Source: Eledone cirrhosa
Lineage: Eukaryota
DNA length: 64,000 nt
NCBI GenBank assembly: GCA_964016885.1
Contig: OZ024740.1
Coordinates: 119,660,001-119,724,000, forward strand
Reading direction: 5' to 3'
This document shows positions 39,755 to 53,307 of the stretch, one piece after another (position 1 is the stretch's first letter; each line of letters starts with the position of its first letter). The position numbers and the translations under genes are program-made. The notes under the pieces are model-generated. The model had not been told where the DNA came from. It made no database searches and was given only the letters and a program-made list of their open reading frames with translations.

Positions 39755-42170
39755 CATCATCATCATCAGCAGCAGCAGCAGCAGCACTGTTCAACGTCCA
39801 TTTTCAATGCTAGCATGGGTTAGACAAGTTGTCCAATTGTGAGGGAAGCCAAGTCAGATAAACATGTCTTGCTCATACAAAACTGATTTTGGCTTGGTTT
39901 CTACAGCTGGATACCCTTCCTAAGACCAATCACATTTAGAGTGTGTACTAGATGCATTGTGGCATGACAGTGTGGAATGGGGATTTGGGTGGGGGAGGCA
40001 CGTGGGTATTTGGGAAATAGATATAAGGGCATGGGTGAGGGGCTGGAGTGTTAGAAGGTGCATAGGGTGTTACGATGTGGGGGGTGTATTGAAGCGGTTA
40101 TATAGGGGAAGGTGGTGCATACTAGATGTATTCTTCAACTCATGGGAATGTAGGTTTACTGTATTACTGCATAACGCCAGAGATAACAGTCCTGTGTCAT
40201 TGCCTTTGAGAGGTGCAATTGTGCAATGTCAGCTTTTAACACCTCATAATAAGTCCTCCAACTTTGAATGCTCTTCAGCTTTTTATTCAGCTGTCATCCT
40301 TCATATGCATCACATGTCCATACCAACGCAATCACATCCCCTGCAAACTGCATCTGATCCTTCTAATGCCCAGTTACTCTCTCAGTTCATTCATCTTTTG
40401 CCATTCTTGTATATTACTATTACACATCCATCAAAGCATGAACGTTTCATATCTTTCCCATCTTCTCAAGTTCTTTACACACAGCGCCCAGGTCTCACTA
40501 CCATACAACATTGCTGTTTGTATAAATGCATCATTCAATGTGACATTCATTTTGAGAGGAAAACTGTTTGTAATTAGCAGTAGTATTAGCTCCCTGAACT
40601 TTCTCCATCACATTCTCACTCTGGCTACTGTGCTTTTGGAGCACTTCTTCCACTACTAATTTGGCTACCCAGGTAACATAACTATCTTCTATTTTTACAG
40701 AGCCTACATAGCCCTCTGGGCATTTGAAGAAGCTAGTATCCTGTGAGCTCTTGCTACTTATTGCACATGTGCATCAGCCACATATAAAACCTATGTTTTT
40801 TGCAAGCCTGCTTGCGATCCCACTACATCACTTGTGTACCCATAGTTTGCATTTGGGACATAGGATGGAATTTCTACCTACTCCTTTTCTACACACTGAG
40901 CAAGACCATATCCCTGGGGGAATCTGGATCCTGCTTTCCTTTCTACGTACTAAGACTTTAGTCTTTGACAAGTTAACTTTTGATTCTAGGCAATGCTACT
41001 CGGTTTGGGATTTCTCCACTGATTCTGCCATAGATTCAGCTATAAGGGTTAGATCATCTCTTACAGAAGTTCTCATGGGAAGTCAGTCTTAAACTCTTCT
41101 GTTATACTCTGAAAGACAATAATAAACAGGAGGGTGCTAGGAACTGACACCAACCTGTACACTAAATTGTTAATTTTAACCTTGCTGACTGTTCCTCTAT
41201 AATGGCTTCTACTGCCCTTACAAGCCACTTGTCTACTCCTAGTTTTCTAAGAGCCCACCAGATAATGGAAAGTGGGTATCTGTCAATAGCTTTGTCCAGT
41301 TCAACAAACGCCAAGTAGAAGGGATTACTTTAGCTAGGTACTTCCCCTCGCAAGGAAGAAGGCATTACTTTTAGCTAGGTACTTCCCCTCACAGTTCAAC
41401 AAATGCCAAGTAGAAGGGATTACTTTTAGCTAGGTACTTCCCCTCACACGGAAGAAGGCATCTGTGGTACTTTTACCTGGCAAAAATCCAATCTTGATCC
41501 CTAATCAGCTGTGCTATATCACTTTCTATGACTCTCATAGCCTGGTCAATCAACTTAAAGTCCCCATATTTTCTCTGTAAAAAGTATCATCTTTGCATAT
41601 TAATAGTTGGTGATGATGCTGCTGTGCCAGTCATTGTATATGATTCCATTACTTGGTTTACAATATGGGTGACTATGGTGTGACCCACCATCCCAGATGC
41701 TTTTAGCATCTCGGCAACTATCCCCAAATGTCCAGCTGCTTTGATCTCTTTATATCCTTGATTACTTTACTTACTATTGCTGACAGGTACAGCCAGTCCC
41801 TCTGTTGGGTGAACTTGGGGCAAACTATCTTCTTCCAATTTATTCTACTGATTCAGAAATATTTCATAGTGGTGCTTACAGGCTACAATCTTTTTAGTGT
41901 CAGTGGAGAAGCACGCCATTACCATCTGGAACACACTACTCCCCATCAACATCACAATTATCCCTGATAAGCTGCCTTGCAATCCTGAACACCTCATGCC
42001 TTTTGTCTTCACATCGCAAAATAATTTTTGCAAAATATACTTATCGCCTAACTTCTCTCCTAGTATTCTGGTAGAGTTCTCTGCTTAGCCCCATTCTGCC
42101 ATTCTTTCCATGCATGACTAGAATATAATCTTGACTAGAAAATAATCTAATCATATGGCTTTTGTTCACC
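39755..42170 (-). mobile_element. Degenerate RTE LINE (RT, C-terminus, 3' UTR)
   Basis: Minus-strand remnants such as YLAFVELDKA and LRWYGHVM; RTE tail at 39755-39830; internal duplications at 41297-41460. Confidence 0.85.
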
Positions 42171-42453
42171 ACCCCTTTGATTGTTGCTGTCAATATAACA
42201 TTTAAATTAATATATCAACAGCATTGCATGATTTCTAAGATTTTCTATTCCCTCAATACAATGAATCGGCATAATTTTATAAAACAATTTTTTTTTATCA
42301 TTCACTTTAGGAGTTAAATAATTTCCATATTTGTTTGTTCTTCTACATCTGTCATTTTTACAAAAATGTTTATATGATATATCAATTTCCTGATTCGCTG
42401 TCATAGTAGACGACTGTGGACTTCTTAGTATAGATGGTGAATAAATATATTTG

Positions 42454-43263
42454 ATGTCACATTGCTTCTTAATTCTCTCAAACATAATTGTTTAACTTTT
42501 ATAAATATTATCAATTTCTAATGTATATGAAGGTCTTACTGCCTTTGTTTGCAATAAAGGTATTCTCTCTTTCAGCAAAGGTTCTTCAAATTTCTTCAGT
42601 GATTTTTCAAATGCAGAACAATCTAATTTCTTTAATCCACTGTGTTATTTTTACAATAGTAAGTACAGTATTTCTTTTATGTATATAATTAATGCGTTTG
42701 AATCAACATAGCTGTATCCATACATGCATGTACAGTTTGTATATGAAATAATTGTTTCTACTTTTGGCACAAGGCCATAAATTACCCAGTGTATTACTGG
42801 TACTTTATTTTATCCACCCCGTAAGGATGAAAGGCAAAGATAACCTCGGCAGGATTGGATCTCAGACCATCCAAGGTTAACTTTGCCTTTCATCCTTACG
42901 GGGTCGATAAAATAAAGTACCATTAATACACTGGGATAATTTCTGGCCTTGTGCCAAAAGTAGAAACAATTATTTTTTATATACAAACTGTACATGCATG
43001 TATGGATACAGCTATGTTGGTTCAAACACATTAATTATATACATAAAAGAAATACTGTACTTACTATTGTAAAAATAACACAGTGGATTAAAGAAATTAG
43101 ATTGTTCTGCATTTGAAAAATCACTGAAGAAATTTGAAGAACCTTTGCTGAGAGAGAGAATACCTTTATTGAAAACAAATGCAGTAAAACTTTCATATAC
43201 ATTAGAAATTGATAGTATTATAAAAGTTAAACAATTTGAGAGAATTAAGAAGCAATGTGACAT
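42454..43263. repeat. ~810-bp palindrome (arms 42454-42849 and 42871-43263, 21-bp spacer) centred on a SINE fragment
   Basis: Arms are reverse complements with scattered substitutions and small indels. Confidence 0.95.
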
Positions 43264-43661
43264 ATACTATGTTTATGAATACACATTTGAAAGCATTTAG
43301 CTCTGAATGTTAAAGGTGGTGACTGGCGCCATCTACATTGTTCTAGCAGAAGCAAGATAGGGAATCAAAGGACAGCTGTTTCTGGCTGTGTGACCATTTG
43401 CAAGATTATGCTCCTTTTTCCTTGCCTCATACTGGAACTCATATAAGCCACAAACATATAGTTTTAATGATTATGTTTATAGGCTGATTAGCCTCATAAG
43501 AAACAGCCTGTAGAAGAAACAGAATTATGGTGTTTGCTCCCTTGCTTCTGCTGGAACGAGGTTGGTGGTACAAACCACCACCCTCAAAATTCATAGCTAA
43601 GGTTTTCAAATATTTATTCGTAAACATATCATATATTTTTCAATATACAAACTTTACATGC

Positions 43662-43715
<54 letters not shown>

Positions 43716-43927
43716 TCTTTTACTCTTTTACCTGTTTCAGCCATCCGGCTGAGGCCATATAGTAATAGTAATAGTTATACTTATATATATAATTATAAAT
43801 AAGATAAGGGGAATATTATATATTACCCAATTACTAGTAAGATAATTAGCTCAATGTATATATCATATATACTACAGAGCAGAAATACAACATAGATAAC
43901 AATCAAATTTTGTTTAAGGCATTTAAT

Positions 43928-43974
43928 TGCTTACGATTGTTCTTTCCAGACATAGGTCTGGAATCATCAGAGCA
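43928..43974 (-). ncRNA. Type I hammerhead with damaged GAAA (related to the 56924/57565 family)
   Basis: tgct-CTGATGA-ttccagac ctat gtctggaa-AGAAC-AATC-GTA-agca; downstream tail resembles 56810-56920. Confidence 0.6.
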
Positions 43975-43995
43975 TATAAAATGTTATATATATAT

Positions 43996-45428
43996 ATCAC
44001 AGAAAAAAGAGAATCAGTGTTGCGACGAAAGGAATTTATTGGACATATTACAAATGTTTCTCACGCGACCAGCTCGAGGCACGATGGATATGGTGATCAC
44101 ACCTGACTCTGAAATCAAGACAGTCGTCAGATATGTCTCGATTCTATGAAGCAGATTTTCCTATAGTCCTTTAACATCGAATTTCTTTGTTTGTTGATTT
44201 AGATCCTGTTGTTGTCATTCCATGAGTGGTCAAGAATTTTACACGTCATCAGTATTTCTACCCACTCATATTTGCCCACTTCTTGCTTCCTCTCGTTCTC
44301 CACCTGTCAATCAACATTTCTTCATGTATCAGAATTACTACTGTGGTGGGAAAGGGGCTTGAATGGCTGGCATCACTTCGACGTCTTCATTGTCCCTAGG
44401 TGCCTTTGTCTACATCGGTCAAGTACACACTAGGTGGCATTCATAAATAATGTTTTGCGGGAATTTAAAAAAAAAAACAATCATATTTATATTTAGCATA
44501 ACATTAGTAGGACACAGCCTTAGGGTACACTCCACCATACATATTTAAAAAGGAAAGGAAAAAGAAAAAGAAAGAACCTGTAGTAAGAACGTTTTTAAAA
44601 AAAAGCGTTTTTACAAAAGAAAGCTTTCACTAGCCATTCAAACGGAGGGGCTATATCAAAGGTGTTTTCAACAAATAGACCCAATTCTACACTCACACAC
44701 TGGACTGATGGGAGCGTGCATAGCCAAGATGCCGCACACTTATATAGGTAGATGGGAAAAGAAAATTCCATGGAAAGTCATCCGTACCCCCATGCATACA
44801 TGCTCAGACAAATACATCGACCCATGCATGCACACACCCGTGCTCATGCATGTCTGTGTGGGCACACATTCATACACGCATCCATCTAGCCATGCGCCGC
44901 TGCGCATATGGTGCACACAGTATTGCATGAGACAACGCATTTGAGGCCTTGACCTAACCTGATCACGTGGCGGTGTGAGTCCGAGGGTGCCTATATAATA
45001 GGAATTTATTGGACATATTACAAATGTTTCTTATTGGACATATTACAAAAAGGAATTTATTGGACATATTACAAATGTTTCTTATTGGACATATTACAAA
45101 AAGGAATTTATTGGACATATTACAAATGTTTCTTGGGCGACCAGCTTGAGGCGCGATCGATATGGTGCCTGCATAATATGCCTAAATGTTACGGCAGCAC
45201 AATATCCCTGCACTAATTACATATAGCGTTTTTTAGACATATTATGCAGGCACCATATCGATCGCACCTGAAGCTGGTCCGCCGAGAAACATTTGTAATA
45301 TGTCCAATAAATTCCTTTTGTCGCAACACTGATTCTCTTTTTTCTGTGATATCATACTCTGCCCTACGAGGGCACTGAGTGCTCATACGGCCTACCACAT
45401 ACAGACGCTTTAAGCATCCAACACCAAT
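43996..45428. mobile_element. Non-coding PLE-type element with outward-facing inverted ends, in (TA)n
   Basis: 43996-44096 is the reverse complement of 45251-45352; inner palindrome 45100-45320; 50-bp tandem repeat 45001-45132; ~75-nt tail on the right. Confidence 0.7.
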
Positions 45429-46106
45429 TATATATATATATATATATAAAATGTTATATATATATATATATATACATATAATGTTATATATATATATATA
45501 ATGTTATATATATATATATATTATCAACAAGATCCTATCACACTAACTTACCAAATGAGGTGGAATTTGTCAAATCAGACCAAGGGAATCAATGTTTCCA
45601 TTGGTCTTTCCATTGCTGATACTTTTCTATCAACACCTGTTTTTGAATATAGTTTGAAAATTTCCTTTTTACACAAACTGATCTCATTAATTCTGAGAGA
45701 AATAGAAGTTGAAGTCAACCACATCAATATTGTACTAAACTGTATATAGTAAAACATTGATTATGTTCAATAGTGTGTGATGAAGTGGGGTAATGAACAG
45801 GAATCAGAGGGATAGGGAGCCATAAGATGATTAAAAAGAGAGGGAGAAATTGACAGAAACATGATTGTAGGTGAAGAAATTCAATAGATTCAGCATAAAG
45901 TGTATGATGGGAACATTGACATGAGAGAGACAGGCAAATAGAAGAGGGAATGCTTGATGAAAGTGAGCTCCTAGAGATACAGTTTGGGGATATCAACAAT
46001 GCATAATAGAAAAGAGAGGCAAATAGAATGATGGATAGCAATGAAGATGGCTGATAGAAAGAGAGTCAAGGTGATGGATGTAAATAATGAATTATAGGGA
46101 AGTTGT

Positions 46107-46137
<31 letters not shown>

Positions 46138-47144
46138 CGAGTGATGGCTAGCAATTTTTATTGAGTAATGATATGAAATAAAAATATCTGATTCGTTTTA
46201 GCAAATTTATGGCTCGTTAATTATGATATTGAATTTGCAGAAGAATTTTAGAAAGATAAAGACAGATATAACTTATAACTAGTAGGATAAAATGATGTTA
46301 TTGCTGCTGCAAAAATGCAGTTGTTGAGAGAGAGGAAGAGAAGATAAAGATAATAGTTATTATCATACACTAAATTACACTACTAATAACCTGACAAAAT
46401 AGTAGAAAGTTGTTTTGCAGCCTTTTGCTTCTATTTTATCAATGAAATAGACAGCCAACCTAGGTAAAAATCACAGCAGCTGCAAACGGTAATCAAATCT
46501 GCTTGTCTTGTTTTGTATTCTTATTGTATCCATTTCATCAATTATCTAGTATGTCGCATCATATTATCAAATATCTATTCATAATTAATTTCTAAACATA
46601 TTGTATTCAAAATCCTACAAAGCTCATCCTGCCATTAGAATTGTACACACTAACAACATTTCTGAGAAGACATTACCGATACAAGTGATTGGTTAGGGTC
46701 CCAAGCTAACAGCTAATAGAATGTTTAGTACTAGAAAATTATTGAAATTATAAAATATATATACTTGATCAATGGTATTAAGTCCAATTACCCAGTTGTG
46801 TTGATGGGGCAAAATTAATGATTTAATTTTCCTAAAGTCTATTTTAAGAAACTCCAGAATCCACAAAAATGTTTTTATGTTCTGCATGATCAGGTACCTT
46901 TTAATAAAATATAATAAATATTTATCACATATTTTCATATTAATATAATCTTTATAAAATGGTTATTGTTTTATTTCAATGTATTATTAATATGAGGGTA
47001 CTGGAGGTTGCACATAAAAGCTAGGAATGTGTTCTGAAATATCTTGAAAACCATATAAGGTTTCTATGATGAGATAAGTTTGAGGACATCTGCTAGAATA
47101 TAACTATAGCAATATAGATTTTTTTGTGAGATTACCAATCAAAT

Positions 47145-47450
47145 CCAGGGCCTTTTCACTCCTGCGGGAGCTGCCCCTCTCTGGTTGACCTCCCCCGTTT
47201 TTTGTTTGGTGTTGGTTATGTCAAGGGTGTAACTGCACTCACCATGCTTGTCCAATTGTGGGTTAGTGAGGTTATTTAAGCAAAAGTTGGTGTGGATGGC
47301 CATTGTCTGAGGATTTCATCTCCACTTTTATCAGCTCTTGTTTTTTTGTGTTGCTGGGGTTCCACTTACCCCTCTCACCAGACCAGGGTGGAATAGCTAG
47401 CTTAGACATTGACCACGAAACAGATTGTACTGAGTAACATGGTACCATTA
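47145..47450 (-). mobile_element. Degenerate RTE-type 5' region, homologous to 20945-21165
   Basis: Shared TTTCACTCC, GGATGGCCATTG and TGACCACGA.ACAG.TTGTACTG blocks in the same order. Confidence 0.55.
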
Positions 47451-49309
47451 GCAGACAGAAGCCTAACTAGACCGAAAGAAAAATACAATCAAGGAAACCC
47501 CAACTATTTTATCTGATATAAGTGAATTCTGCTAGAGATACCTAAGAAACATTGGTTGGTATTAAAACAAGTTATGTACTAGGCCTACATCCTTAGAAGG
47601 TGTCATTTCCCAATAAACAGTACACTGCAGGAATTGAACTCAGCACTGCAGGCTAATGAGATAATCATTAATTGTATAGTGCAATTATCACAGCAGCAAT
47701 CTCTTCCTACCCTGCACTAATTGTTGCAGCTTCATGAACTCAGACTAGCAGGTTAATGACATAACACAGTATCATTGGTACAATACATTTCAGATTCACA
47801 AAGGATATTGTGTAAATGTCTGTATCGTCAAATCTTTCGATCACCAGTTTGGAAATACAAACAATTTAAAATGAAACTATCTTCTATATTTTTCCAATGT
47901 AAATTTTTGTTTCACTAAGTGAACATTGAACGTCAATATATTTGCTTCGATGTCAGTAGAAATAAAGTGTGTTCAATAATAAAGTACTATATATTATATA
48001 TAGTGTATAGTGTTGAACTGGTTTGAAATTACAATTTAGAAAGCACAGTTGATAGATAGCGGGATAGTGAAAAAATATTACATTGACAGTACAAACATGT
48101 TGGTGTTATTTATTACAGACAAAGTTTAAACTAATCATGTTCTTTGTTTTAATATATCTCCATGTAGATTAAAAAATGTTATTATTTTCCTTTTTTTACA
48201 TCTTTTATCAAAGCCACTTCAAAGAATAACTTACAAAAATTACTGTTAGTGACATGTAATAATTCAATCCTTGTAATAAAGCATGTGTACATATATGTGA
48301 AAAAATACTTGCATATGCAAGCACAGAATGTTACATGGTTCTTTGATAAATAGTTGAAGTAAACCACAGATTTGACAATGGTATATTATGCAGAGTAAAT
48401 ACTTTTGATTGAAATTCTAACTAGAAATATTTCTGTTTTTCTTAAAATTTTACTACAGCTTTTGCCTAATCTATAAATATAGCCATTTAGAAAAAAGCAA
48501 AAACTTAGAAACATATCAAATAATTTAAGTGGCTATTATTTGTATCTATTCTACCTTCCTTAGCTATATTTTGTATATCCTTTTTTATATATTATACATA
48601 GGTATTCTAACTATTTCCTGCAGTTAAGATATTTCTTGTTATTTTTAGAAAACCGTTGAAGGAAAGAAGCAAACCATGTAAGAACAAAAAGGAATTTGTG
48701 TACAATTACCAGCAACTTCATACTTATATATCCACACTCCATGAATTTACAGATGACAGATTATTTAAATAATCTAATATCTAAACTATAATTTGAATAT
48801 CTGGTTTAAAGAGTGTGGGCTGCTAGCTTTATAAAGTATTTTTACAGTTACAGGTCCTTGATATTTCCTGCTAGTAAACTCAAAATTTATTTTACAAAAG
48901 TTATAGTGATGCTACTGGCAGGTTTGAAATCAATAAATATTACTTTTTATCAACGTATGTTCTCACAGCTATATTTATTACATAGCTATTTCATATCGAC
49001 AAGATGTTATTCCTGATAGCAAGAATGACAAAAGAGTGACTGTAACTGAGTGTAACTCAGGGCTTCTTTCTTTAAGCATTGATGTTTCGGTTTTCTCTCT
49101 GGTAGTTGTGAATTGATTCTTGATATTCAATGGTAAGTGATATTATATAAATATGTATATTCTTTTATTCTTTTACTGATTGTAGTCATTAAAACTCAAC
49201 TCTTATGTTTTTTAATAGTAGCTTGTATTCTAGTAAAGTTTGAGCAAAGAATCGGTGCTTTCACCCTTAACGGGATCTTTTGGATTTTAGTCTTCACATT
49301 TATTATTAT

Positions 49310-49376
<67 letters not shown>

Positions 49377-50001
49377 TCCATAACCAAGGCAGTGGTGAAG
49401 AGTGTCTCGGACAGGATCTCCAGCCTGTCCGCAAGTAAGGAAATATTCAACAACCACGCGGAATATTACAATGCAGCTCTAAAGAAGGCGGCACATGGAC
49501 AAAATATAACATATAGTCCGAAAAGCCGGGAGGTGGATAGCCCAACAGACACCCACAACCGCGTTACCAGAGGGGGGAGGGCGAACCCTAACAATACAGG
49601 CAGAGCAAAATCAAATAGGCACCATGTACCAGACACCACCACACGGGCGGTGGGGACTAGTGCGCTTGACCACGAGATGGAGCACAATATGAGTAGCAGT
49701 CTCAGACGTGATGCTAACTACCCCAGGACGGACAACCCCAACCGCAGGACACGTGGGGGGGGGAGGAAACGGGCGACCACCCCACGATGGATCTCCCGGG
49801 GCAGACAACAACCACCCCACAAATCCGGGCCGTGAAGATAACAGAAAGTATAGAGCCTAAAAGGGAAGCAACAGTGCGGAAACCACCAGCAAACCAACAA
49901 ATCTCCAACAAATCACGAAGCCCCCAACCCACACATATAGGAGGAGACACCGACAAATCACGTGGTACAACCCACCCTACTCAGCGGCCCTAAAGAAAAG
50001 C

Positions 50002-50769
50002 TTGACCCGATTGTTCTTTGGAGCACTTGACAAATGCTTCCCGAGGGACCACAGATACCACAGGATCTTCAACAGACACACTGTGAAGCTTTCGTATTCC
50101 ACCACGAGAAATTTGGCCCAACACATAGCTAGCATCAACAGAAGTAGGCTTAAAAACCACACACAACCAGAAGATGGCAATACAAACACTCAGCAGAACC
50201 ATGTGAAAGGAGGGAAGGGGGGACCCAGAGCCCACCCAAGAAACACAAACAGACCCAAGGACCCCCCACCGTGCATGGGGGAAGACCGACATGTAACACA
50301 TAATGAGAACCCTAATCTAAGCACGCAGAGGCCGCCCACCCTCTGCAACTGTAGAAACCCCGAATCATGCCCCCTTGGTAATGAATGTCTCAAGAAGAAC
50401 ATAGTGTACGGTTGTCGGGTTAAAACCCCCAACTCCGAACACCTCTACATAGGAGCCACATCAACGAGCTTTAAGGACCGCTGGTACAACCATCGCCATT
50501 CATTCAAGAAGGAGGCCAAAAGGAAAAGCACAGCTCTCTCCGACCTGATCTGGAAGCTTAAGCTGGACAGGACCCCATACTCTCTGGCCTGGTACATAAT
50601 CAGGAAAGTACCACCCGATAAAGGGGGATCTTGCATATGCAAACTATGCCTGAACGAGACCCTCGAGATACTAAGAGGTGGAAGCGGCCTGATAAACCTC
50701 AGAACCGACTTCTTCGGGACATGCAGACACCTTAGAGCCGGGACCTTTCTCAAAATATATGGACAGTAG
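50002..50769 (+). CDS. PLE linker + GIY-YIG endonuclease (open fragment of a frameshifted ORF)
   Basis: 255-aa ORF with KLSYSTT, CNCx5CPL, VYGC...YIGAT, RWYNH, CKLCLNE, LINLR, CRH. Confidence 0.85.
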   Translation: MTRLFFGALDKCFPRDHRYHRIFNRHTVKLSYSTTRNLAQHIASINRSRLKNHTQPEDGNTNTQQNHVKGGKGGPRAHPRNTNRPKDPPPCMGEDRHVTHNENPNLSTQRPPTLCNCRNPESCPLGNECLKKNIVYGCRVKTPNSEHLYIGATSTSFKDRWYNHRHSFKKEAKRKSTALSDLIWKLKLDRTPYSLAWYIIRKVPPDKGGSCICKLCLNETLEILRGGSGLINLRTDFFGTCRHLRAGTFLKIYGQ

Positions 50770-51965
50770 CAACACAAGAAGATGTGAACTCCCCTCAAGC
50801 TATAGGGACTTCTACAGAACATGAAAACACCTCTCGGCCAGACCTCCCTCAAGCTATATGGACAATTACAACACCCTGGGTTGTGAACTCCCCTCAAGCC
50901 ATAGGGAACAACCCAGGCGGAGCAGACACCATGATAGCCTAGAGACAGAATCGGACACAGCCATAATAATCTGGCCAACATCTATAACACAAACACTTTT
51001 AATTTACCAGATTTCTGACTTTAAAGTTCCAATCTTAAATCTTGATTTCTCTATATTAATTTGTTATTTGTTTTCTGCCCTCTTCACTGTATAACCTTAT
51101 ATTTATATTTATTTTAAGTTGAGATAGATTATAACACAAACACATTGAATATCTCATCTTAACATCTTGTATCATACCAATCTATCCAACATATTCTGAC
51201 CTTGAGATTGGTTATAGCACACACACACACACACTTTATCCTACATTATTTCTCACTTCTCCATATACATTATCATTACTTTTTCACCAATCTCTCATTT
51301 ACTCTTTATTCTTTATTCTCTATTTATTTATTTATTTTCAAATTACACAAATTATATTAATTATTTTATTTTATTATATTATTTATTTATCTTCTGTTTT
51401 CTTCATTTATTGCCTTATATTTCTTCATATACATGAAATAACCCCCCCCCCCCAGCCGCCACCACCACTACGATGGTGGCGGGTGGGATGAAGAGAAAAC
51501 ACAAACTGAATACTTCTAAATTGTTAGCAGCAGCAAGATATAAGCTGACCACTACAACAACAACAGTACCAAAATAATGGTGGAGGTCAAATGTACTGAA
51601 CAATAGCAGGCATAAACACTACAGGGAGCCTCACCCCAGAAAGAATTCTATAGACTTCTGACTGAGGAATGCTCTCAGAACTGAATAATGGGAAGTTTGA
51701 CACATTTTTTGATATTTTGTTCCTTCAACACCTTGTCCCTTCTACCATTTTATCAATTTTTAAGCTAACTCCAACAATGACAACACTAATAACTGACCAA
51801 TGAGAGGAGAAGGGGACCTGTGACACTAAAATTCGTTTGTTTGAATTCATATGACTCCAGTTCCCCAGTGAATTAACAACCCAACAAGGAACTGGGCATA
51901 TCAGAGTATTGACAATATCATACACCTAAACAACATATGTACTTGTCTATACCATACTAATTCAA

Positions 51966-52020
51966 ACTGCCTGAAGAGGTCACAGCCAAAGATGGCTGTC
52001 ACTGAAATATATATAGCAGT
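51966..52020 (+). ncRNA. Type I hammerhead ribozyme at the PLE 2 3' end
   Basis: actgc-CTGAAGA-ggtcacagcc aaagat ggctgtcact-GAAA-TATAT-ATA-gcagt; perfect 5-bp stem I; AATAAA follows immediately. Confidence 0.85.
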
Positions 52021-52089
52021 AATAAACGAAGCTAAATTTTACTCATTTGACTTTTATTTAACTTTATTTTATATATATATATATATATA

Positions 52090-52461
52090 TATAATATAAA
52101 AATAAAAAAAAAACGAAAAATCAGTGATGCATCTAGACTAAGTTTATTGCGTGTTACAACTGTTTCGCTGACAGACAGCTCGAGACACGATCACTGTCTG
52201 GATCTGCCTTATTCTATAACTGCGGGTTCTTAAGACACATGTAATGCTTTCGGGGCAAATTTTCTCAATGGGGTGTTAGCTTGAAAAAACACCTTCAAAA
52301 AACATCTTTCACTCTTGTCTTGCCATTGTAACACGTAATAAACTGAGTCTAGATGCATCACTGATTTTTCGTTTTTTTATATTATATCACACTCTGCTCT
52401 GTAAAAAGATAGAGTGCTCAACTGGCATACCGCCTATGGAAGCAACATAGCTACCATTAAA
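52090..52461. mobile_element. Inverted PLE-type 3'-end insertion with decayed hammerhead (52151-52238, minus)
   Basis: 52090-52159 is inverted to 52326-52387; homologous to 58170-58456; core reads CTTAAGA. Confidence 0.75.
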
Positions 52462-52480
52462 CACACACACACACACAAAC

Positions 52481-52591
<111 letters not shown>

Positions 52592-52634
52592 TATAGATAT
52601 AGATATATATAGTATATATGTATATATATATACA

Positions 52635-52673
<39 letters not shown>

Positions 52674-52675
<2 letters not shown>

Positions 52676-52962
52676 TTGTGGTGTGCAGGAGAGAAGGCTG
52701 AGATGGTATGGACATGTGATGAGCATGGAGGATGACCGATGGGTGAAGAAGTGCCAGGAAGTCCCAGTGGAGGGAAGACGCAGTAGAGGTTGACCACGAA
52801 AAACATGGGCGGAGGTGGTGAGAGCTAACCTCAGATCGCTGATACTCACAGAGGAGATGACGAAGGACCGTCACACGTGGAGAGATGGTGTGCTGAATAG
52901 GACCCGTCCAACCCTTGCAAGCAGGGTAAAGCGGACGTAAAATGATGAGGATGATGATGATG
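52674..52962 (+). mobile_element. Short RTE LINE 3' fragment
   Basis: RRLRWYGHV...[13 protein letters not shown] plus (GAT)n tail. Confidence 0.9.
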
Positions 52963-53184
52963 ATATATATATATATATATAAGTATGTATATGTACATAC
53001 ATATATGTATACAGACGTACAGTAGTATGCATATATATACATACATGCACACATATATATATGTACGTATGGATTTACCGAACATTTATTATAATGCTCG
53101 GTTTGTTTGTAAACAAACATCCCGAATTAAGCGGTACAGTGTTTAGCAACCATCGTTGCCCTTTTGACCAACACTGACTAAGGA

Positions 53185-53227
53185 ACGATGTACTAGTTTC
53201 AAGCTTATTAGCTATCGTCAGCATCGT
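53185..53227 (-). ncRNA. Canonical minimal type I hammerhead ribozyme
   Basis: acgatg-CTGACGA-t agct aata agct t-GAAAC-TA-GTA-catcgt; perfect 6-bp stem I, palindromic stem III ACTAGT. Confidence 0.88.
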
Positions 53228-53261
53228 ATACCTTCCTGCCAGATGATTGAACGTCTGAAAG

Positions 53262-53304
<43 letters not shown>

Positions 53305-53307
53305 GTA

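Larger units (their letters stand above)
49375..52070 (+). mobile_element. Penelope-like retroelement 2 (Naiad-like), 5'-truncated, in (TA)n
   Basis: RT thumb (RISSLSASKEIFN), WYNPP, CNCRNPESCPLGNEC, IVY...YIG GIY-YIG, CKLC, TCRH; long 3' UTR ending in HHR plus AATAAA. Confidence 0.93.
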
